DNA of 64,000 bases from Eledone cirrhosa (lineage: Eukaryota), in contig OZ024743.1 in assembly GCA_964016885.1 (NCBI GenBank), forward strand, positions 83,762,001-83,826,000. Direction: 5' to 3'. Below, one piece after another: positions 27,186 through 40,768 of this stretch (position 1 is its first letter; every line of letters starts with the position of its first letter). The notes under the pieces were generated by a model. It had not been told where the DNA came from, did no database searches, and worked only from the letters and a program-made list of their open reading frames with translations. The position numbers and the translations under genes were made by a program.

Positions 27186-27681
27186 ACATATATATATGTA
27201 CACTACTGGCCGAAACCTATCAAAGTTATCAAAGTTATATATATATATATACATATATATATAAATATATATAGAGAGAGGGGGTGATAGAGAGTGAGAG
27301 GGCGATTATAATGACTGTATTGCGGTATTTTGTCCGTCCCTTACACGAACGCAACTGTCTGACAACACACACACACACGCATTGAGAGAGGAGAGATTGA
27401 ATTTTATCAGTTACTCTATCTCTTCACCACGGAATCTATTGCGATAAAAATAATGTTCAGAGCCCCCCTGAATTTCCGAATTGATGCTATGGAACTCGTC
27501 GTAACATTTGTAAAGGGAAATTTCCCAATAAATTGTTGTAAAAACCTATGTTGCTTTTGCATACTTATTCTTCACTGCATATACTCCGTCTGGACAACCA
27601 GATATAATCTGGGATGCTTCAGGATGTTGAGTGATTACCTCAGGATACTTCTACATATACCTGTTACAATACCCTAACTGC

Positions 27682-28127
<446 letters not shown>

Positions 28128-28228
28128 AAAATTAGATTAAGGATGACATGTCTGAGAATGTCAGAATCATGCGCCATATCACCTGTGGAAATAAGCTCTA
28201 AGATTCCAGGTAGTAAATCCGAGCATTT

Positions 28229-28878
28229 ATATATAATTAAAAGTAAGATGACGTATGTATGTAAAATAAACACATCAAATAGTGACAGGGGATAATTTGT
28301 GAAGAGTGTAAACATACATAATTACGGAGGTAACATATTAAAGATTAACAAGAACCTAGAATATATATATACCTTTCAATAAAGATTAATCTCCTTTGTA
28401 TATATTCCATTGAAGAAATATATTTCACCATTAATCAGTGAATCATACATGTCAAATCTTGGATCATCGGCAAAGTGGCGTGAAAAGAGTTATCGGCAGC
28501 TAGAAATAACAGCCGATTCCTTTCAACATAATGAGCTCTACTAAAATATACTTAAGAGCCGGCTTGGCGGCGGAACGATGTGTATTTTTAAACTACACGT
28601 GCTTTTACGCCGTTATTCCTTGATTTGCTTGTAGTGTGTGATCATAGATGGTTAAATCTTCTCCTTTGCCGATGATCCGAGATTTGACATTAATGGGGAA
28701 ATATATGGAATATATACAAAGGAGATTAATCTTTATTGAAAGGTATCTATATATATATATTCTAGGTTCTTGTTAATTTTTAATATGTTACCTCCGTAAT
28801 TATGTTTGTTTACACTCTTCACAAATTATCCCCTGTCACTATTTGATGTGTTTATTTTACATACATACGTCATCTTAC

Positions 28879-28891
<13 letters not shown>
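28229..28891. repeat. Fold-back element with decayed HHR
   Basis: Arms 28229-28475/28664-28891; CCGATGA-TCCA...TGGT-GAAATATAT; homologous to fold-back 62988-63210. Confidence 0.8.
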
Positions 28892-28924
<33 letters not shown>

Positions 28925-30041
28925 TCAAAAACAGCCCGCATGGCTAAATCGTTAGAATATGAATTCAAAATAGGGGGACGCATAGTATAAAGGCAATGGA
29001 AAAAACAACGGAAAAACATCCCATCTCATCACTCAATCTTTGAAACTCACTATGGTTTCGGTTTATTAGGGTTTCGGTTTATTAGGGTTCATACTGTTCA
29101 TTCCAGTGCGTTTTGGGACATAACAAAACAGGTAGAGACAAAACACGATAAGTTATGCCTTTCGGCGAATTACACAGATATTCATGAAAAGGTATCCCAA
29201 GTTCGTCAACTGAAAATGAAGGAGGAGAACGGTAGGCGAGGGCTTAGCCAAAGGAGACGAAATATAGAAAGGTGAGAGAATAGAATAATATGAACTACAG
29301 TCCAACGTCAAACAAAGAAGATTGACACTGTGGTATAGAATAGGTAAGAAGGGAGAATAGAGGAAGACAGACCGGGCGGTGTGACGTCGATTATATGATG
29401 GTTTCAAACAGAGCCCTTTGGAATATAAATTCTTTAGAATATAAATTCAAAATAGGGGGCATATAGGACAAATAATGAAAAAACGGACAGTCCTATCTTC
29501 TCAGTCAACCTCTGGAAATCACTTTGTTTCGGCCCATTAAAGTTGATATAGTTCACATATATATATGTGTGTGTGTATGTATGTAAATATATGTGTGTCT
29601 GCATGTGTATATGTGTGTGTGCATGTGTATGTGTGTGCGTTTATGTGTGTGTGTGTTTGTGTATGTGTGAGTGTGTTTTTGTGTGTGTGTGTTTGTATAT
29701 GTGTGTGCATGTGTATGTGTGTGTGTGTTTGTGTGTGTATGTGTGTGTGTCCGTATGATGTTGATGAACGCAACAATGAGTACTCAATATTGAAGTAATG
29801 TTTAATAATATTCTTTCTTATGACATACTGATGAGACTTGTTATTCTGGAGTTTTACCTGTGTACCCACAGAACCATGAGACAAAACCTTTTTCATGATC
29901 CTGTGAAACTCTGAGGTAACAAGACTCACCACTCAAAATATTTGATATATTACAATTTTATGCACTTGCGGCTGTTCACTGCGGAAGTGTTTCACCATTT
30001 TGTTCACAGGATGGAGCTAAGATATTCTACACATCCTCGGG

Positions 30042-30455
30042 GGTGGATTTGCAGTATCGGTAAAGCTGCTCTAGCTTCCTTTCGCTTGGTGGATTGGCAG
30101 TATCGGTAAAGCTGCTCTAGCTTCCTTTCGCTTGGTGGATTGGCAGTATCGGTAAAGCTGCTCTAGCTTCCTTTCGCTTGGTGGATTGGCAGTATCGGTA
30201 AAGCTGCTCTAGCTTCCTTTCGCTTGGTGGATTGGCAGTATCGGTAAAGCTGCTCTAGCTTCCTTTCGCTTGGTGGATTGGCAGTATCGGTAAAGCTGCT
30301 CTAGCTTCCTTTCGCTTGGTGGATTGGCAGTATCGGTAAAGCTGCTCTAGCTTCCTTTCGCTTGGTGGATTGGCAGTATCGGTAAAGCTGCTCTAGCTTC
30401 CTTTCGCTTGGTGGATTGGCAGTATCGGTAAAGCTGCTCTAGCTTCCTTTCGCTT
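30042..30455 (+). repeat. Nine 46-bp tandem units, each carrying the SINE A-box
   Basis: GGTGGATTGGCAGTATCGGTAAAGCTGCTCTAGCTTCCTTTCGCTT with a period of 46. Confidence 0.95.
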
Positions 30456-30802
30456 GGTGGATTGGCAGTATCGGTAAAGGGTCGGACGCCATGCTTTAAC
30501 ACATAGAGTTACGGCTCTTACCATTCTAAGTTCAAATCCCGCCGAGGTTAACTTTGCCTTTCATCCTTACGGGATCGATAAAATAAAGTACCAGTAATGT
30601 ACTGGGTAATTGCTGGCCTTGTGCCAAAAGTAGAAACAATTATTTTATTTCATTCTTTCTAGCATAGTTACGTCCCTTTACAGTCTGAGTTCAAATGCCG
30701 CCGAGCTTAACTTTGCCTTTCATCCTTACGGGGGTCGATAAAATAAAGTACCAGTAATGTACTGGGTAATTGCTGGCCTTGTGCCAAAAGTAGAAACAAT
30801 TA
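30456..30802 (+). mobile_element. Two tandem SINE family A copies
   Basis: Full copy 30456-30642, truncated copy 30661-30802, both followed by ATTATTTTATTTCA. Confidence 0.9.
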
Positions 30803-30892
30803 TTTTATTTCACTTTTATTGTAAAAAGAATTATATAATTTAATTGAAATGTGTTAAAATAAAATGTCTGAAAATTAGATCTATCACCAAGT

Positions 30893-30979
<87 letters not shown>

Positions 30980-31094
30980 CAGACGTGATATACACACATG
31001 CACATCCAGTCCTTTTTTTATAATACTCCATTCTATCCACTGAGACAACGAGGCGGTTTTCGCCTAAAGTTCTGTATATATATATATATATATA

Positions 31095-31128
<34 letters not shown>

Positions 31129-31129
31129 A

Positions 31130-31456
31130 TATAGGCATTTGTGTGTGTGTGTAGGTATGTGTGCGTGTGTGTAGACATTTGTGTGTATGTGAGTGCGTCA
31201 AGGCATTTGTGTGTATGTGTGTGCGTGTGTGCGTGTATGTGCGTTAAGGCATTTGTGTGTGTGCAAGTGTTCTTCAAGGCATTTGTGTGTGTGTGTGTTT
31301 GTGTGTGCCAAGGCATTTGTGTGTATGTGTGTGTGTGCGTCATGCATTTGTGTGTATGTGTGTGTGTGTGCGTCAAGGCATTTTTGTGTGTGTGTGTGTG
31401 TGTGCGTGTGCATGTAGGCATTTGTGTGTATGTGTGTGTGTGTGTGCGTGTAGGCA

Positions 31457-31491
<35 letters not shown>

Positions 31492-31524
31492 AGGCATTTG
31501 TGAGTGTGTGTGTGTGTGTAGGCA

Positions 31525-31573
<49 letters not shown>

Positions 31574-31720
31574 ATGTAGGCATTTGTGTGTGTGTGTGCG
31601 CGTGTGGGCATTTGTGTGTGTGTGTGTGCGCGTGTAGGCATTTGTGTTTGTGTGTGTGTGTGTGTGTGCGTGTAGGCATTTGTGTGTGTGTGTGTGTGTG
31701 TGCATGTAGGCATTTGTGTA
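31130..31720. repeat. AGGCATTT-(TG)n minisatellite
   Basis: Constant AGGCATTT core separated by variable-length TG runs. Confidence 0.9.
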
Positions 31721-32110
31721 TGTTGTGTCTTCTTTCTTATTCAGTTATTTGAATTCCTCCTATAATGAAACAATTAAGTCTTAACAAAGAAACAAAGCTC
31801 TATCTCTGGAATGTAGCTCCCAACAACGCTATCAAGTTACATGCTAAACTCCTTCTATAACTATATTGCTCCTCCTATTATTTCGGCTTTCTTTCCGCAT
31901 AACCTCTTAAATCTGCTCCAGTCTTATTTTTTGCCGCAAAATAATAACGTCCCCAGTGTGAGGTATTGATTACATACACAAATATGCGTGTGTTTATGGT
32001 AACTCTGTATGTGTATGTGTATGAGTATGTGTGTATGTATGAATGTAAGGATGTGTGTAAGGATGTATTTACTCTAACATCTATGTATACACATTTACAT
32101 ACACACACAT

Positions 32111-32191
<81 letters not shown>

Positions 32192-32308
32192 TTCAGATCT
32201 AGCTGTCGAAACGGCCGGAGCTCAGCCGTCGGGGTCCTATATATATATATATATATATATATATCAGTATGTATACGAGTAAATACACTCTCTGTGTTCG
32301 CCGTAATC

Positions 32309-32402
<94 letters not shown>

Positions 32403-32406
<4 letters not shown>

Positions 32407-34446
32407 CAGCGACACTGGGTTGTATGAATAATATTTATTTAACAAGGTTGAGCTATGTAGAGCAGAATAGTTGACATGCCAAGAGAGATGAAAGGATGAA
32501 TTAAAGTTATTTGTTACCGTTTTGAAGTCATCGCGCAAGAGACCAAGAGGTCTTTACATTACCATGTTCAGCTTGCCAGAGAGTATACCCTCGGCGGAAC
32601 GCGCCTGGCCGAAGGGCCAGGCAGGTTAAAAGAGAGGTTGATACCTTTCAGCTCTCTCCTTTATAGGGTCCCTGGACGGAAGTGACAAAGAAGGTTCTGC
32701 CACCTCAGCGGGAAGTAACTCCAGCTACTTCCCGTCTAGAGAGCGCTACTGGTGATGTGATCGTCATAACAAGGGAGGCAACTCTTGCTACATTATCTCC
32801 CGACAGATTTTTAAAACATAAAAATCGAATCAACCATGTATAAAGTAAGATGGTGAGCATGTAACACCAAAGTCCAGGCATGAAAATTGCAAAAAAATAA
32901 TGTTTGCAATAAAAGCAAAACAGCAAAATATAAGCATGCAAAAATCAATGATAGATATCAAGGTAGCCAACCGCTCTTGGCCAGAGAACGACTGGACATC
33001 TATCTATCCATCACACAAAATACAGTGTAATCAACCTAAAAGAAGAGGTAAAGGGAACAAAGAAACGTTCTCGAACATAATTATTAAAAAAGGGTAGTTT
33101 CTGGACTGTGGTACAACGTAAAATTCCCAACCTCCGAAGGTGGGATTTTCTCACAGGAAGAGTGCTGCAAAAATAAATTCTCTGTTTTGTTCTGCTGGTT
33201 TTGGTTTTTGATAAAGCAAAGATGAAGCTGTGTTGTTGTCTCGCGGAGTGAGCCTATTCGATGTTATTTCTGTTCACAGTAAAAAGTTTCCCAGAAAAAA
33301 ATGAGTTGCGTAAAGTGCTAGAAATAACAGCAAAAGTTGATGGTCGATGTTGAGAACGCGTTGACTTGGATGGGTCAAGAGGCCAGCGACCAAAGAAATA
33401 AGCATTCTGAAAAAATGCGCAGTTTTCAACGGCAAATTTACGTGGTAAATTTTTAAACCGGCAAATATGAGAATATAGCTTAAGGCTGGAGAATCCTTGT
33501 CAAGAAACATTATCTATGGCGTGTGTTAGCTCAGTGAGTCGAGATGTGTGCTCCCACACGTGCCGAAACAAGGTTAAAGTCAAGTTGAAAAAAAAATATT
33601 TCTATTGCGCGAGAAAAAGGCGCGAAAATGATAGGGCAACAGGTCGTTGGCAGCCATTTTGAAAAATTTGTGTGTGAACGTAATGTGATGAAAAAGAAGG
33701 AAAAGCTATATTCACTTTGAATATGGCGAGAGTTCAATTTTTTTTTTAAAGTGATGAAAAAGTAGCGAAAAAGGCTTAGTTGAATGAGTAAGCGAGCTGT
33801 GTTATTCATCAAAATTGACATGTTGAATATAAGAATACAGGAGTCCAAGTCTTTTTGAGTGTTCGTTGTGAGACGGACGAAGGATATATCCATTGATTGA
33901 AACACATTTAAACACGTGAGGTGAAAAGCAACATTTTTTTTGTTTGTTTGCTGCTGAGGAAAAGATTACTCATATTTTTCGTTGTAGACAAAATCCATGT
34001 GGAATGTTGTAGAAAAAAATCCATGTGGAATGTTGTTAGAGGAATTTTTTTCTTTTTGAAATACTGCTAATTAATTTTCTTTTTTTCATATTCACATAAC
34101 ACCAGATCCTATTATTTTTTCTCGGGTCACCACTTATAACAAGGATACTGGATTGTATGAATAATATTTATTTAACAAGGTTGAGCTATGTAGAGCAGAA
34201 TAGTTGACATGCCAAGAGAGATGAAAGGATGAATTAAAGTTATTTGTTACAGTTTTGAAGTCATCGCGCAAGAGACCAAGAGGTCTTTACATTACCATGT
34301 TCAGCTTGCCAGAGAGTATACCCTCTATAGGGTCCCTGGACGGAAATGACAAAGAAGGTTTTGCCACCTCAACGGCAAGTAACTCCAGCTACTTCCCGTC
34401 TAGAGAGCGCTACTGGTGATGTGATCACCACATCACAAGGGAGGTA
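32403..34446 (-). mobile_element. Decayed non-autonomous Gypsy-like LTR retrotransposon
   Basis: LTRs 32403-32792 and 34135-34446; PBS TGGTGACCCGAG (tRNA-Trp-like) at 34121-34132; PPT GGGAGATAA before TGTAGC at 32793-32801; possible gag remnants (ITLKKKLNSRHIQSE). Confidence 0.7.
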
Positions 34447-34512
34447 ATAAATATATATATATATATAAATGTGTGTGTGTGTGTGTAAATAGATATATAT
34501 ATATATATATTT

Positions 34513-34582
<70 letters not shown>

Positions 34583-35007
34583 GATTACGGCGAACACAGA
34601 GAATAGAAAATAATACAGGATAGATTTGTTTGGAAGGGGGGGGGGGCTTGTCAATTCGGTGTTACCGTAACGGAAAACCATCTCCGAATGTTATCTTATA
34701 TAACTAATTCTCCAATTAACACGTAATGAAATCGCCTAAGTCTTGCATCATGATCGGATGATGAAACTGGGCAATTGAAATATTTATAGTATTTTCGCGG
34801 AATTAAAATTTTAAAGAAAGTTTCCAGTCCGGCCTTCTGTTGCCTTTAATTAAATTTTCACTCGGTTCCTGTACCATCCACGGGATTCTACATCTACGAT
34901 CGATGTTTTACATAACGTCGAGTGCTTTAATTTATTGCATCATCATTTACTAACCAGAATCACCATTTCTTCCCATTGGTATAAAATATAACATAAATGG
35001 TATATAT

Positions 35008-35743
35008 AGACCTGGAGAGAGTTGGATACCGCCAGGTTTTAAAATGCCCCAGAAACGCCGTATGTCAATACATCGCCCCTACATCTCCCTCAGGAGTTAC
35101 GGGACCATACATACATACATGATGGCTGCCTCCTCGTTATCGAGTATGACCATTGCACGATATACCATTAGTAATAATTATTAATTAATTCTATCGTGCA
35201 ATGCCTGTGCGTGAAGATATTTTTTAAAGTGAGGAAAGACTGTGCACTGAGCCAATCCCACTCTCTGAGCGACAGTAGCTATAACCCGAAAAGAAGAAGA
35301 GATCAACATCATGGGTAACTACTGAGCCACAGGTTTTATATCGGAGTTATCCCAGTTTCCTGAGTTGCCTTCTAGAAGAATGCCCTGACAAAGGCTAGGG
35401 GTCCTTCACTCCCAGTGGTTTAACCGCGCGGTACATGTCTATTTACATATTTACACACTTTTGGATGGCCGTTGACTTTTATGAGTTCTTCCGCCCTTTG
35501 TCAGGTTTTGTTTTTTGTCATGCCGGGTGTCCAAAATCAACCTCCTCATCAAGTAAACCTGGTGGGGTTGCCGGTTTAGTCGCCGACGACCCGACCATGC
35601 GGCAGGTTGTACTGGGTTACATGTTACCAGTAGCACTCAAGAGTGACCCGACATATACATACATACATACAAACAACCATACATACATACATACATACAT
35701 ACATACATACATACATACATACATACATACATACATACATACA
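35008..35743 (+). mobile_element. Second SINE train (SINE tail + RTE-related CATA-tailed element)
   Basis: Same order of modules as 22624-23341. Confidence 0.75.
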
Positions 35744-35830
35744 TGTATAAAGAGTCAAGAGCTCTTTATGCACTAAGAAACTTGCCAGCACCAATTTGAT
35801 TATATTTAATAGCCAAGTGCATATACAGTA

Positions 35831-35990
35831 GAGGCGCGTGGCCTAGTGGTAAGGGTGTTGGACTTACGATCAAAATGTCGTGGGTTCAATTCTTGGGTAG
35901 CGTGTTGTGTTCTTGAGGAAAACACTTCATTTTCCGTCGCATCAGTATACTCAGCTGAAAATGAGTACCAGAAATAGCAGGGGGTTTATG
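35831..35990 (+). mobile_element. tRNA-derived CORE-like SINE
   Basis: TGGCCTAGTGG A-box, GGTTCAATTC B-box, GTGTTGTGTTCTTGAGGAAAACACTTCA core; relatives at 60577-60700, 10950-11045 (minus) and 37550-37790 (minus). Confidence 0.7.
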
Positions 35991-36280
35991 GACTGGCGTT
36001 TGTACCCATAACTGTACACACACACACACACACACACATACACATATATATATATATATATATATAAAGGGTAAAGACCCCTTCGATCATGAATGACCAC
36101 GGGAATTGTACCTAGAAAGTTCCCTTCCAAGGCACAGATCCAGGCAAGATTGTTTGTGGAAGTCTTGTACTCGTAATCGCTCCCAGCCACAAAAATGGGA
36201 TAAGGATCGGCCTAAGGAGACTTCGGGCTTGAGACAGACTTTAGTCTTAGCCTTTTTAGCAATGCGTATATAGAACGTTA

Positions 36281-36625
36281 TAGGCGGCGAATTGGCAGAG
36301 ACGTTAGAATGTCGGTTAGAATGCTTCATGGTATTTATTTCGGTTCTCTACTCTCTGAGTTCAAATCCCGCCGAGGTCAACTTTTCCTTTCGGCTTTTTG
36401 AAGTCAATAAAAAAAAATACCAGTCTAGTACTGGGGATCGATTCTTCCTCTATTTCTCATCCTCATTTCCTTTCTCTCACTTTCTATCTTTCTCTGGAGA
36501 AATCTGTTGTACTCAGGCCTGGAGAGGGATGGACTCCGCTAGACTTAAAAATTGTCCAAGAAACGCCGTATGTCAATACGATGCCCCTTACGACTCTATC
36601 AGGGGTTATGGGACCATACATTCAT
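36281..36625 (+). mobile_element. A-headed SINE with alternative 3' tail ending in CATA repeats
   Basis: tRNA-like head + central domain + CT-rich linker + tail shared with 22624, 35008, 43470 (minus) and 19770 (minus). Confidence 0.75.
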
Positions 36626-37273
36626 ATAGAACGTTTGCACTATTAATAACGATATCACATGGCATCATTATGCTGATAAATTATTTATCTTCACTTCGTT
36701 GTATTGACAACTGAACGGTATTAATATTTGCATCCGTGTCCCACTTTCATTGTATGCAACCTTGATTAATTATTATGACCGATGGAAGAGATCTGTCTTC
36801 TGGCTCTATGATGTAAACATATACATACAGATATGCCTATACATGAATACATTCATATATATTTACATACATACATATATACTCACACACATACATACAC
36901 ATACATATATACTTAGGCACATACATACATACATATATACATACATACACATGCATGTACACTTACGCATACATACGTACATACATACACACACACACTT
37001 ACATATATGCTTACACACATATGTACTTACATACATCCGCATATACATATACTTATACTTGTATAAATACATACACATATATATTATCTTATATTATATC
37101 TATATTAACAATATGAATTAGATCTGCACTACCAACGGTTTCAAGACGAAATCACGTGATTTCGTGTTGAAACTAGCGGAAGTGTAGAATTACATCAAAC
37201 TGTTAATATAGATACTCAGCTTCTACATTATATATTAAATACTCTTTTCTTTCGTTTGTACCCATAACTGTAT

Positions 37274-37357
<84 letters not shown>

Positions 37358-39759
37358 CTATATATATATATGTGTGTTTCAGAAGATCCCGTTAAGGGTG
37401 AAAGCAGCGATTCTTTGCTTAAACTTTAATCTGTTATTTTAATAAATATTTGCTCTACGGTTCTTATATATTTGATATATATTTTCCTTATCGAGCCCTC
37501 TTTAGATTTTAGTCTTCAAGTTTATTATTATTATAATATATATATATGACCCCGGGGTTTGTACCTAGAAAGGTCCCCTCCGAGGCACAAATCCAGGCAA
37601 TGTTGTTTGTAGAAGACCTGCAGTCGCCTATTCATACCAGTTTCCTCTCATCATGTCACCGATGTTGTAATGGCAGATACAGCTTGACACCAGTGACGTC
37701 GTAAAACATTTCTACAGCTGAGTGAATTGGAGCAACGTGAAATAAAGTGTCTTGCTCACTTGCTCAAGGACACAATTCATCATCCAGTCCGAGAATTTAT
37801 ATATATATATATATATATATATTATAAAATAACAGGAGGCTGGACTGGTGTAAATCCTTGAAAGGTTTATTATACTATGATCATTTCAATGACCGGGTTC
37901 AGTATGAATCCGGTGACATCATCAGGTATTCAAAATATAACAAAGGAATATAACAGATAAAATCCATGGGGCTGAAAATCAGAGACAAGAGGACGACCGA
38001 CTATTTAGCAGCTTCTACCTCAGTCGGCCGCCCTCAAGTGTTGATTATTAAGTTTACTTATGACCATCTGGTGAGGGGGCATAAGCTTATAATGTACTTC
38101 AAAGAGAAATGTCAGCGTTGAGGTCATGCCACAATCAGGCTGATCATGCGTCTAGAAATTGCCGGGAAAAATGTTTTTTCCAAAGAACAAATATCTTCAA
38201 CAAAGACATATAAAGTAGGTGACTGTATGGTATAGTGTGTGGACAGAAATTTCGGTTAGCAATTAGAAATGTTAAACTTATGTTTAGAGTTATAGAATGA
38301 AATTCGAAAAATAAGGTTTAAGGTTTGGGTTGTGAGATTAGTTAAAGAATTTATAGAAAGAGGCTTTTATGAAGAAGTTTAAGTATATTATAGATAGTCA
38401 CGATAAGTTTTCAGGGTAGGATATAGTAAAGATTAAGCCCTTGTTTAGCAGACAATAACCAGCGACGACTGCAGATTCCGGCCAGCCCTCCCTAACCACG
38501 TACCAGCCGTTCCGAGTAATATCGTCTAGCGAAAGAAATGGAAATTAATGTTTCCGAACACTCCAGGAATGTAACTGTCTTAGGCGTCGGGTGTGTTAAC
38601 GGAAAGTCCGCCACCGCCGTTTGGCCATCGTATATACCAAACGAATACTATTAATTCACACAGGAGGGGGATTTAGTTACGTACTAGTAGAGGGAGGCAT
38701 GATACAGCTAATAGTTATGATTAAGCCTAGAATTTAAAGGTACTATTTGGCGGTCAAAGCCAGCGGCGCGGTGGGTTCCAAGTCTGACTGGGCCCCGAGG
38801 CGAAGCAGCCGTTCCGAGTAATTTCGTTTACCGAAAGAAGGGGAAATTTATTTTTCCAAGCATTCAAGGAAGGCTTATCCACCCGAGCGCCTGGCGCGCA
38901 GCCGGGAAAGCCGCCACATCCGTCGGATCATCGCGTGTTACCAAACGATTATTATATATTCACACCCGTGATGTGAGGTTGAAAGTGGTAAAACCCGATG
39001 AAATGTGCAAACAGACTATATTTAGTCCCCAGTTAGTCCGGGTTATATGTAGTGTGGTTCTTGGGTGGGTAGGGGGAGTGAATAAAGATAAACAGATATA
39101 AGGGTACAGAGAGTAATATTCTAGGGTCGTGTGCTAATGAGCACAATGATAAGTATATAATGAGAGTAAAGCGAGTAAACAAATACCTAAATAAAAGGAA
39201 TAATAAGCAAAATACATAAATAAAAAGCAAAATACATAAATAAAAATACATAAATAGAACGCCGTCATAACTAGGGTGGTGATGGAGTAAAACGGAAGGA
39301 TATAAGAACATATCGGAGGAATCAAAACACAGGGGAAATACAATATAGATGAAGGTGCAGTTTGATAATACAAGGTTAATCATATAGACATAGAGGATGG
39401 AAGAGATGGAATGGTATCAGGTGATACCTAGTGTATGTTCGAGTCTTAATATTCAATGTGAATCCCAAAGGCCCTGAAGAATTCAGTCAATACAATAGAA
39501 GTTATAGTATAATACGTAGAATTTTTTAAGGAATCTATGAGGTCTGCCGGAGTCTGAATATTCCCGACAGGGAAGCAGCAGTGGACCAGGTGGGCGGTAG
39601 ACAAAGCTCGAAGCAACCAAAATTCAAATGGTGTGTAGATTAGTTAGTCCCATGCTGGCGATAGCTGTACACTGGAGTCAGTGCCGCTGTTCATTATTAC
39701 ATCTGAAAGCGCTCGACATTTCCGGAGCAATATTTATTTAGGTTTGTTTATTGAGGGCG

Positions 39760-39946
39760 GTGGATTGGCAGTATCGATAGAGGGTCAGACACCATGCCTT
39801 GCAGCATAGAGTTACGACCCTTTATGGTCTGAGTTCAAATCCCGCCGAGGTTAACTTTGCCTTTCATCCTTACGGGGTCGATGAAATAAAGTACCAGTAA
39901 TACACTGGGATAATTGCTGGCCTTGTGCCAAAAGTAGAAACAATTA
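39760..39946 (+). mobile_element. SINE family A with ~17-bp TSD
   Basis: TSD ATTTATTTAGGTTTGTT on both sides. Confidence 0.9.
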
Positions 39947-40339
39947 TTTATTTAGGTTTGTTGGTTCACCACTGGATAGAACTGGTCATTCCGTATGGTC
40001 AATCTCGATGTAATATTAGGGAGAGCACTCAACGTAATGCAACTCACCCGTCTTCGTTAGTGTAGTTGGTGGTGCGAGTACGGAGTTGATTATTATAAAA
40101 TAACAGGAGGCTAGGCTGGTGTAAATCCTTGAAAAGTTTATTATACTATGATCATTTCAATGACCGGGTTCAGTATGAATCCGGTGACGTCATCAGGTAT
40201 TCAAAATATAACAAAGGAATATAACAGATAAAATCCATGGGACTGAAAATCAGAGGGCTGCTAAATAGTCGGTCGTCCTCTTGTCTCTGATTTTCAGCCC
40301 CATGGATTTTATCTGTTATATTCTTTTGTTATATTTTGA

Positions 40340-40397
40340 ATACCTGATGATGTCACCGGATTCATACTGAACCCGGTCATTGAAATGATCATAGTAT
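40340..40397 (+). ncRNA. Type I hammerhead ribozyme
   Basis: ATAC CTGATGA TGTCACCGGATTCA TAC TGAACCCGGTCATT GAAAT GATC ATA GTAT. Confidence 0.8.
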
Positions 40398-40669
40398 AAT
40401 AAACCTTTCAAGGATTTACACCAGTCCAGCCTCCTGTTATTTTATAATAATTAACTCCGTACTCGCACCACCAACTACACTAACGAAGACGGGTGAGTTG
40501 CATTGCGTTGAGTGCTCTCCATAATATTACATCAAGGTTGACCATACGGAATGACCAGTTCTATCCAGTGGTGAACCAACAAACCTAAATATATATATAT
40601 ATATATATATATAGGTTTACGAAGCTAGTCGAAGAGAATCGGTACAGCTTCGGCCGTCTCTTACTTACT

Positions 40670-40767
<98 letters not shown>

Positions 40768-40768
<1 letters not shown>

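Larger units (their letters stand above)
37819..40590 (-). mobile_element. ORF-less PLE-type element with direct and inverted pLTRs and three HHRs
   Basis: Direct repeats from 37819 and 40090; inverted segment 40257-40590; HHRs 37872-37929 (-), 40143-40200 (-) and 40340-40397 (+); (TA)n on both flanks. Confidence 0.85.

Noticed and set aside
30042-30478. CRISPR array
   Set aside because: The units are identical with no variable spacers, the repeat is a SINE 5' end, there are no cas genes, and the context is eukaryotic.
31130-31720. CRISPR-like constant repeat with variable spacers
   Set aside because: The core is only 8 bp and the spacers are (TG)n slippage variants.
35831-35900. tRNA gene
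   Set aside because: It has A and B boxes but no acceptor-stem closure and continues into a SINE core. The same holds for family A heads.
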